This document shows, piece by piece, positions 57,258 through 64,000 of a stretch of DNA of 64,000 bases (position 1 is the first letter of the stretch; every line of letters starts with the position of its first letter). Both the position numbers and the translations under genes were made by a program. Below the pieces are notes generated by a model. That model saw only the letters and a program-made list of their open reading frames with translations. It did not search any database and was not told where the DNA came from. Origin of the DNA: Chitinophaga pinensis (GTDB taxonomy: Bacteria; Bacteroidota; Bacteroidia; NS11-12g; UBA955); contig CAMDDG010000008.1 of assembly GCA_945890895.1 (NCBI GenBank), positions 1,288 through 65,287 on the forward strand, written 5' to 3'.

Positions 57258-59880
57258 TTTTCTGTAATTTTTCAGTTTTAATCCGGTTGGATTTAGAATC
57301 CAAAATTTCAATTAGGTATATTCCATCCAATAATTCAAAATTTGAATTATTTATGTCCAATTTTCCAGCACCATTAATTTTAACTTTTTGAACCACCTCT
57401 TTGCCGTCGATTGATAAAATACGAGCAAAAGTTACATCTTGGTTTTTAGAAGCTTGAATAACTAATTGTTCCAAACTTGAAATGGGATTTGGGGAAATGG
57501 AGAGTGATGTATTCCTATATGTAGAAGTTCTCAAATTGTAAGCATTAAATTCATAAATACTGGAATTAATACAAGGATAATTTCGAACAACTAATGCAAC
57601 TTTTATAGAGGCATTAGCAACATTTTGAAAATCGTATATAAATGAATCTAAATGACTCGAATGCACTATTTGATTCTCATTCAAGATTGTAAATGTCAAA
57701 CTATCCGTTGGATTTACAATGGATTTAACAATACTGTAATTGAAGTTATTCAACCATTTTACTTTGAAATGAGTGGAAATGCTATCTCGAAATTGGAGTC
57801 TATAAGACTGATTTTCAGATTTGCAGCCTTTTATAAATGAGCTTTCAAACCAATATATCATAGAATCGGTTGAGCCAAACAGTCCTAATTTTGCGGGATA
57901 TGAATTAAGGATCGTATCTAAACTCGTGGATTGAATTCTTAAAATTCTATTGTTTTTGATTTCAGAATTGTTAATTGTAATATCTAATTGATTCAAACCT
58001 CCACAAATGATATCTTGATTTTGTGGGCTAAACATTAAATTCGGTTTCTCAACGGAGTCCGATACGATTCGAACTTGTTTTTCATAAAAACCACAAGCTA
58101 ATTGTGTTGAGTCAATAGCTGAAAATATCCAATTCTGAGTTTTTGAAGGTGAAATTGTAAATACGCTATCATTATACGTTTTACCATTGAAACGGATTGC
58201 CCATTTTGAGTGATAGGGTAGTCCACTTAAAGTAACTTGAGTTGATTCACCAAAACATAACGAGTCCTTTTGAACTTGGGATTGTAAAACAATATCATTA
58301 CAACCGGTTCCACCTGATGAAATCTTACTGATTTGGGTAATTCCGCAAAATTTGGAAGTTCGAGCTTGAATCCAAAAATCTATTTTTTGAGTTACATTTT
58401 TTAAATCAATGGTTGTTGAATCCGTTAATTTCCCTTCAATGGGATTGTTCCAAGTTTTTCCGCTGTCAATACTGTATCTGTATTCAGTTGCAAAAGGAAT
58501 TCTACTCCATCGGAACGTAACTTTGTCAATGTATTTTGATTTAACAGAAACAGTAGGACCTGAAACGGTGTCAATTCCAAAAAACGATTTTGAAATAGGT
58601 CCTTGAACACATCCATTTGAGCTTTTAGACCAAACTGATACGTTATTATTCAGTTTTCCGATATTGACAACTAACAGTGAATCGGTTAAATAAGGCCCCA
58701 CCGGGGAAATGGTTGAATACGAGTCTGCAAACCCATTTTTATTTTGAGTAAACATCAATAACGGTTCAGCGGCGCAAATAGTATCCCCTGAATAACCATA
58801 TAATACGTTAAAACTCGGTTTTGGAATTACAAGCACATTGATATCGGATGATTTACGCTCACAACCATTTGATCGAATGGCTGTAACATAAAATACACCC
58901 GCCGTATCTACGGATAATTGATTTCCAGTTTGTCCGGTTGACCAAACATAACCATGATTTGGAGCGGGGTTAACCGATAACTTAGCCGTATCTCCTTTGC
59001 ATAATGGAATACTGTTACTCACATTTAAAATCGGTGCAGTCGCCCCAGTAACCACGGTAAACGTAAATGTATCGGGTCTAGATTTTCCTTTCGAATTTGA
59101 AACTTCCAAAATGGCAGATTTTGACCCTGTGCTGCTGTAACTTACAGTTGGATTTTTTGAAGTTGATAACGATGGAGTTGCACCACCTAAAAATCTCCAA
59201 GTGTAAGAATTTCCATTCACGGAAGAATCTGCTGAAAAACTCAAATTCGTGCCTGAGCAAGGTTGACTTTGGAGAATCACTTTTGCTTTAGGTAACAATG
59301 ATGATGGCGTAACCGTAAATGTTTTATTGTAAATGTAGTCACCGGTTGTACCACTGCTGCTATTCGTAACATTCAGCGCCAAATAAAACTTGATGTCGCC
59401 TACATTTGAGTTTGGAGCTTTCCATTCAAATGTCCATGCTACTGAATCTCCAGAAACAGCGGCTGTGCCTGTTCCAGTATGCTCCGCATAATATCGAGTC
59501 CCCGAGCCAACAGTGCTTGAAAATGTTTGTACTCGCGAGTTAATATTTGTGAAAGTACCCGCGGCTTCATTTTTAGAGTTCAAAGCCGTTATCTGAAATC
59601 CGTATTTTGTAATGTTGGTTTCTCGGTAACTGATTGTTAAACGATATGTTGAATCTGGAATGTACCCACCTCCAGTAAACGGGATGCTCAATTTAATTTT
59701 ATCGTATTTGGTTCCACTGGTTTGAACAGAATAGGTGCTGTGGCAAGATGTACAAGTACTTTCGGAAGGAGCTCCAGTTCTTGGAGTAGATGCACCACCG
59801 GAACTACTTTGGATTTGATAAATCGAAACAGACATAATTCCAATTAATAGAACTGCTGATTTTATAATTTTTGTTTTCAT
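57247..59880 (-). CDS. Secreted multidomain protein with an N-terminal CxxCH-containing domain, Ig/PKD-like repeats and a T9SS type-A C-terminal sorting domain
   Basis: The ATG at 59880 gives the signal peptide MKTKIIKSAVLLIGIMSVSIY. It has a CTSCHS motif near the N-terminus, repeated Cys-containing beta-rich modules, and a C-terminus ...LSISPNPISS...LLDGIYLIEILDSKSNRIKTEKLQKIGR typical of T9SS CTDs. Confidence 0.7.
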   Translation of the reverse strand: MKTKIIKSAVLLIGIMSVSIYQIQSSSGGASTPRTGAPSESTCTSCHSTYSVQTSGTKYDKIKLSIPFTGGGYIPDSTYRLTISYRETNITKYGFQITALNSKNEAAGTFTNINSRVQTFSSTVGSGTRYYAEHTGTGTAAVSGDSVAWTFEWKAPNSNVGDIKFYLALNVTNSSSGTTGDYIYNKTFTVTPSSLLPKAKVILQSQPCSGTNLSFSADSSVNGNSYTWRFLGGATPSLSTSKNPTVSYSSTGSKSAILEVSNSKGKSRPDTFTFTVVTGATAPILNVSNSIPLCKGDTAKLSVNPAPNHGYVWSTGQTGNQLSVDTAGVFYVTAIRSNGCERKSSDINVLVIPKPSFNVLYGYSGDTICAAEPLLMFTQNKNGFADSYSTISPVGPYLTDSLLVVNIGKLNNNVSVWSKSSNGCVQGPISKSFFGIDTVSGPTVSVKSKYIDKVTFRWSRIPFATEYRYSIDSGKTWNNPIEGKLTDSTTIDLKNVTQKIDFWIQARTSKFCGITQISKISSGGTGCNDIVLQSQVQKDSLCFGESTQVTLSGLPYHSKWAIRFNGKTYNDSVFTISPSKTQNWIFSAIDSTQLACGFYEKQVRIVSDSVEKPNLMFSPQNQDIICGGLNQLDITINNSEIKNNRILRIQSTSLDTILNSYPAKLGLFGSTDSMIYWFESSFIKGCKSENQSYRLQFRDSISTHFKVKWLNNFNYSIVKSIVNPTDSLTFTILNENQIVHSSHLDSFIYDFQNVANASIKVALVVRNYPCINSSIYEFNAYNLRTSTYRNTSLSISPNPISSLEQLVIQASKNQDVTFARILSIDGKEVVQKVKINGAGKLDINNSNFELLDGIYLIEILDSKSNRIKTEKLQKIGR

Positions 59881-60182
59881 ATATTTCGATGTGTTGATTT
59901 TCAGAATCGGCAATTCGGATCTGAAGAAAATTGAGAATTCAATGAGAATTCAATTTAAGAAGTTAGCGTATCTCAAAAAAATTGATTTACACAAATTTGA
60001 TGCATTTTGATTTAAAATCAATCATTATTTAAGCAAAATGACATTTTTCTTCCGATTTTTCCGACAAAGATGAATGGATTTTTACCTCTTGAGTTCAGAT
60101 TTTAGGTATTTTGTCCATCAATTATGCACAATCGTCTAAGTAATTTTGAAAGAGAATGTAAGAAACGTATTTTTGTTTTTTT

Positions 60183-63095
60183 ATGAAAAAATTAATTTTC
60201 GTTTTATTTTCATCCCTATCAATGGGTTGGGTCAATGCTCAAGCAACCCTAATTGAAAAGGTAGAATCTGTTCCAGGAAAGTTGAACATTCCTTATGAAA
60301 TGTATCTACTTCCTAACGGACTTACATTAATTGTTTCAGAAGATCATTCTGATCCAGTAGCTCATTTAAATGTAACCTATCATGTAGGTTCTGCGCGTGA
60401 AACACCTGGAAAATCGGGTTTCGCACATTTTTTCGAGCACATGCTATTTCAAGGATCTAAGCACATTGCTGATGAAGAACATTTCAAAATTATTAAAGAA
60501 TATGGTGGAGAAGTAAATGGAAATACTACTCGCGATAGAACCGTTTATATCGAAACTTTCCCATCTAATTTTACGGAAACAGCTCTTTGGATGGAAGCTG
60601 ATCGTATGGGTTTCTTTCTTGAGGGTTTTACGCAAAAGAAATTTGAAATTCAACGTTCAACCGTGAAAAATGAAAAAGATCAGCGCTATGGCGTTCCTTA
60701 TGGTTTCTTGATGGAAGTAAAAGATCAAGAATTATACCCATCGGATCATCCGTATTCCTGGTCTACCATTGGATTTGTTGATGATTTGAATCGCGCGGAT
60801 AGTTCGGATTTAAGAAATTTCTTCTTGAGATGGTACGGCCCAAACAACGCGTGTATTATCATTTCAGGGGATGTAAATACTGCTGACGTAGTAAAATGGA
60901 CAGAAAAATATTTTGGAAGTATCCCCAAAGGTAGAGAAGTTAAAAAGAAACGTTTGAAGCCCATTGTATTAGAGAAAGATATTATTAAATCCTATCCAGA
61001 TTACAATGCGTATTTGCCTTTAATGTACATCACATATCCTTCCGTTCCTGCGTATCATGAAGATGATGCTGCATTGGATTTATTGTCTTATTTGTTAGGA
61101 AGTACAAAATCATCGGTTCTTTACAAACGTTTTGTAGATGCAGAATCTGCATTACAAGTTCAAGCTTCTAACAATCCTTTAAGTGCCGCAAATCACGAAT
61201 TGGCTGGTGAATTCAGCTTTACACTGGTTGGTTATCCTTGGAGTAATATGTTTAAATTGAAAGATGAATTGAAAAATATTCTGGATTCATTTGAATATGT
61301 TAATTTCTCGGACGATGATTTGATTCGCGCCAAAGAAAATATTCTTAATTCAATGGGAAGTGGTTTGGAAAGTGTTGACAATAAAGCAAATTATTTAAGC
61401 CAATATTGGTACTTAGATTTAAAAAATGCTGAAGGCAAACTTTTTGGAATTGAAGACGAAATGGCTCGTTACAGAAACGTAACTCGCGACGATATTTTAC
61501 GTGTTTATCGTAAATACATCAAAGGAAAATATTCTTCTACTATCGAAATTCAACCAGCTCAGAAATCGGAAAACGATACAAATTCCAAGTATGTTAGTTT
61601 CAATCCTAATGCAGATTTTAAAAGTGATGCAATGGAAATTGAATACGCTAACTTGAAAGAGAGAAAAGTTGTCGATAATTTTGATCGTTCCATACGACCA
61701 ACTCCATCAAAAATTAAACCCGTTTCAGTACCTAAGATCTTCAAAGAGAAATTGTCTAATGGTATTGAAATTTGGGGAACTGAATTCAATGAAACATCAA
61801 AAGTATTGGTTCAATTGTCTTTTGAAGGTGGAAAATTGAACGAAAATGGTTCTGCTTTCCCTTGGGGTACTTCCGAAATGATGGCTTCTATCATGGATGC
61901 AGGTACTAAAAATAAAACTCCAGAACAATTAGAGAATGCATTGGAGCGTCTGGGAGCTAGTATTTCGTTTTCAGCTGGTACAACAGGTGTAAGCGTTTCT
62001 TTAGTTTGCGATAAATCAAAATTAGACGAGTCGGTTGCTCTAATGAGAGAAATGCTATTAGAGCCTCGTTGGGATAAAAAAGAATACGATAAGTTAATGA
62101 AGCGCGTTGTAGAAGGTGCACGCAGTTCGTTATCAAGTCGCTCAACTGGATTGATGAATGCAGCCAATCGTTTGAGATATGATGTTAATTCAATCGGACA
62201 TTTTACTTCGGCTGATGATTATTCTAAAGTAAGTTTAAACGATTGCAAAAAGTACTACGAAACCTACATTTCAGCGAATGTTGCAAAATGCATTGTTGTT
62301 GGACCCATGAATAAGGAAACAGCTGTTCAAAAACTTAAATTTGTATCAGAAATACCCAATAAAAATGTAGTAGTAAATAAGCCTGTTGTAACTCCGGATT
62401 TACAAACAACTCAAATTTTTGGAGTTCAGTATGCTGATGCGGAACAAAGTGATATTATTATTGGATTCAGAACATTACCTTATGATTACAATGGTGATTT
62501 CTTTAAGAATACCATTATGAATTTCGCATTAGCAGGTAATTTTAATTCTCGATTAAACTTAAAAATTCGCGAAGATAAAGCTTGGACATACGGTATTAAT
62601 GGAGGATTCAGTCCATCGTTTAAAGATTTGCCTGGTTATTATGTAGTTTCAGCTAGTATTAAAGCAAATGCTACGGATAGTGCTTTGAGTGAGATTATTT
62701 GGACCTTAGAAAACTTCAGAGATAAAGGAATAACCGATGAGGAATTCAACTTTACCAAATCAGCTTTGATTGCATCAGAGGCTTTGGATTACGAAAGTTT
62801 GGGTCAAAAAGCTGGGTTTATCAATCAGTTGGCTACAAGAAATTTACCTGAAAATTATACGGAAGAGCAATTAAAAATCCTTCAAAATATCTCCAAAGAA
62901 GAAATTAATGCCTTGGCTAAAAAGTACATGGATACCGACAATATGGTGATTGTTGTTGCCGGAGATATGTTGCTTTTGAAGAAAAGATTGGAGCAATTAG
63001 GATTAGGTAAAGTTCAATTACTTGGCAAAGACGGTTCAGGTAATATTAAATACTATAAAAAAGGTCAAACCAACCACAGAAAAAATTATAAGTAA
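60183..63095 (+). CDS. M16-family (insulinase/pitrilysin-like) zinc peptidase, double-module
   Basis: Signal peptide, inverted zinc motif HFFEHMLFQGS (HxxEH), and 970 aa comprising two M16 halves. TATTTTTG (60168-60175) and TAATTTTG (60141-60148) boxes lie upstream. Confidence 0.85.
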   Translation: MKKLIFVLFSSLSMGWVNAQATLIEKVESVPGKLNIPYEMYLLPNGLTLIVSEDHSDPVAHLNVTYHVGSARETPGKSGFAHFFEHMLFQGSKHIADEEHFKIIKEYGGEVNGNTTRDRTVYIETFPSNFTETALWMEADRMGFFLEGFTQKKFEIQRSTVKNEKDQRYGVPYGFLMEVKDQELYPSDHPYSWSTIGFVDDLNRADSSDLRNFFLRWYGPNNACIIISGDVNTADVVKWTEKYFGSIPKGREVKKKRLKPIVLEKDIIKSYPDYNAYLPLMYITYPSVPAYHEDDAALDLLSYLLGSTKSSVLYKRFVDAESALQVQASNNPLSAANHELAGEFSFTLVGYPWSNMFKLKDELKNILDSFEYVNFSDDDLIRAKENILNSMGSGLESVDNKANYLSQYWYLDLKNAEGKLFGIEDEMARYRNVTRDDILRVYRKYIKGKYSSTIEIQPAQKSENDTNSKYVSFNPNADFKSDAMEIEYANLKERKVVDNFDRSIRPTPSKIKPVSVPKIFKEKLSNGIEIWGTEFNETSKVLVQLSFEGGKLNENGSAFPWGTSEMMASIMDAGTKNKTPEQLENALERLGASISFSAGTTGVSVSLVCDKSKLDESVALMREMLLEPRWDKKEYDKLMKRVVEGARSSLSSRSTGLMNAANRLRYDVNSIGHFTSADDYSKVSLNDCKKYYETYISANVAKCIVVGPMNKETAVQKLKFVSEIPNKNVVVNKPVVTPDLQTTQIFGVQYADAEQSDIIIGFRTLPYDYNGDFFKNTIMNFALAGNFNSRLNLKIREDKAWTYGINGGFSPSFKDLPGYYVVSASIKANATDSALSEIIWTLENFRDKGITDEEFNFTKSALIASEALDYESLGQKAGFINQLATRNLPENYTEEQLKILQNISKEEINALAKKYMDTDNMVIVVAGDMLLLKKRLEQLGLGKVQLLGKDGSGNIKYYKKGQTNHRKNYK

Positions 63096-63121
63096 ATAAC
63101 TAATTATTAATACTTTGAATT

Positions 63122-63155
63122 AAATGGCGGATCTTTAAGATTCGCCATTTTTTTT
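63122..63155 (+). terminator. Rho-independent terminator after the M16 peptidase gene
   Basis: AAATGGCGGATCTT-T-AAGATTCGCCATTT hairpin (one G-U pair) followed by a T-run. Confidence 0.75.
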
Positions 63156-63251
63156 AATTAAAATATGTCTAAAAAATGTGGGCAACATCCCCTTCTTTTT
63201 AGCTGTAAATCCTCTGTTTTATAGTAAATTGCACATATTTGATTTTTAAAG

Positions 63252-64000
63252 ATGGAAGAAAATAATCTTAATCCCGAAGAATTCACAGAAAGAATTATTC
63301 CAATTAATATTGAAGATGAAATGAAAACCGCATACATCGATTATTCGATGTCGGTAATTGTTTCCCGTGCACTTCCCGATGTACGCGATGGTTTAAAACC
63401 GGTACACAGAAGGGTGTTGTATGGAATGGTAGATTTGGGCTTGGCTTCCAATCGTCCATATAAAAAGTCTGCTCGTATCGTAGGTGAAGTATTAGGAAAA
63501 TATCACCCACATGGTGATTCTTCTGTTTATGATACCATGGTGAGAATGGCTCAGGACTGGAGTTTGAGATATCCTTTTGTTGATGGTCAAGGGAACTTTG
63601 GATCCATAGATGGTGATCCACCAGCGGCAATGCGTTATACCGAAGCTCGTTTGCGTAAAATAGCAGAAGAAATGATGGTGGATATTGATAAAGAAACGGT
63701 TGATTTCCGTCCAAATTTCGATGAAAGCTTGGAAGAACCTACTGTGCTTCCTGCAAAAATCCCCAATCTTTTAGTTAATGGTGCAAGCGGGATCGCAGTT
63801 GGTATGGCTACCAATATGGCACCTCATAACCTACGAGAAGTATGTGCTGCCATATGTGCCTATATCGATAATAATGATGTTACAGTTTCGGATTTGATGG
63901 AACATGTTAAAGGTCCTGATTTTCCTACAGGTGCCATTATTTACGGAGTTGAAGGAATTCGAGATGCATTTGAAACGGGTAGAGGTAGAATTGTTATTCG
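63252..64000 (+). CDS. gyrA: DNA gyrase subunit A, N-terminal part (continues beyond the right window edge)
   Basis: Absent from the track because there is no stop in-window. Manual translation from the ATG at 63252 gives [59 protein letters not shown]...[23 protein letters not shown], the canonical GyrA N-terminus. The track ORF 63304..63714(-) is its antisense shadow. Confidence 0.95.
   Translation, partial: MEENNLNPEEFTERIIPINIEDEMKTAYIDYSMSVIVSRALPDVRDGLKPVHRRVLYGMVDLGLASNRPYKKSARIVGEVLGKYHPHGDSSVYDTMVRMAQDWSLRYPFVDGQGNFGSIDGDPPAAMRYTEARLRKIAEEMMVDIDKETVDFRPNFDESLEEPTVLPAKIPNLLVNGASGIAVGMATNMAPHNLREVCAAICAYIDNNDVTVSDLMEHVKGPDFPTGAIIYGVEGIRDAFETGRGRIVI

Noticed and set aside
59933-59954. 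Tandem duplication GAGAATTCAAT x2 in the divergent intergenic region between the T9SS-cargo gene and the M16 peptidase gene
   Set aside because: It has only two short copies in AT-rich DNA, which is consistent with slippage. I have no supporting evidence for function.
63304-63714. 136-aa minus-strand ORF from the track
   Set aside because: It is antisense to the unmistakable gyrA N-terminus (plus strand from 63252). It is a shadow ORF with no recognisable features.
1-64000. Compositional (GC) evidence that the WYL/vWA genes are foreign
   Set aside because: Hand counts of single 60-nt lines range from about 14 to 33 G+C across clearly core genes as well (for example gyrA and the GT-C-like gene are also GC-richer). 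By eye I cannot separate island signal from gene-to-gene noise; proper windowed GC and codon statistics are needed.
1-64000. CRISPR arrays, IS elements, transposases, rRNA
   Set aside because: Non-coding gaps are all under ~270 nt and contain no regularly spaced repeats. No ORF translation shows DDE or recombinase motifs.

Overview
The 64-kb window is chromosomal, AT-rich and almost fully coding. It is most likely from a Bacteroidota (Flavobacteriia-like) genome. Supporting evidence: type-A T9SS C-terminal sorting domains on two secreted proteins, an Alternative Complex III operon, a TonB-receptor/DUF4249 pair, a GlsB/GlsA-like lipid acyltransferase pair, and repeated TAnnTTTG -7 promoter boxes just upstream of start codons.

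Most of the window (about 5-64 kb) is housekeeping:
- Translation and repair: rpsA, valS, tRNA-Leu(UAA), uvrA, gyrA (partial).
- Respiration: actABCDEF.
- Cell shape: a minus-strand mreB-mreC-mreD-mrdA-rodA cluster.
- Metabolism: rocD, tcdA, phosphohexomutase, glutaryl-CoA dehydrogenase, folB.
- An M16 peptidase.

The clearly accessory part is the first ~5 kb. It holds:
- A partial WYL-domain regulator, missing from the ORF track because it runs off the left edge.
- A divergent two-gene operon (small secreted protein plus a MIDAS-type vWA protein with an unassigned C-terminal half). An 11-bp perfect inverted repeat lies in the shared intergenic region.
- Two decayed XRE/HigA-like HTH remnants.
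- An AbiEi/AbiEii abortive-infection toxin-antitoxin pair bracketed by two 29/32-identical 32-bp palindrome-containing repeats.

The WYL/secreted-protein/vWA module is my best candidate for an undescribed system, but the claim is an inference from domain content and context only. I found no CRISPR array, transposase, integrase or rRNA. All calls come from reading the sequence and ORF translations by eye; no database search was possible.
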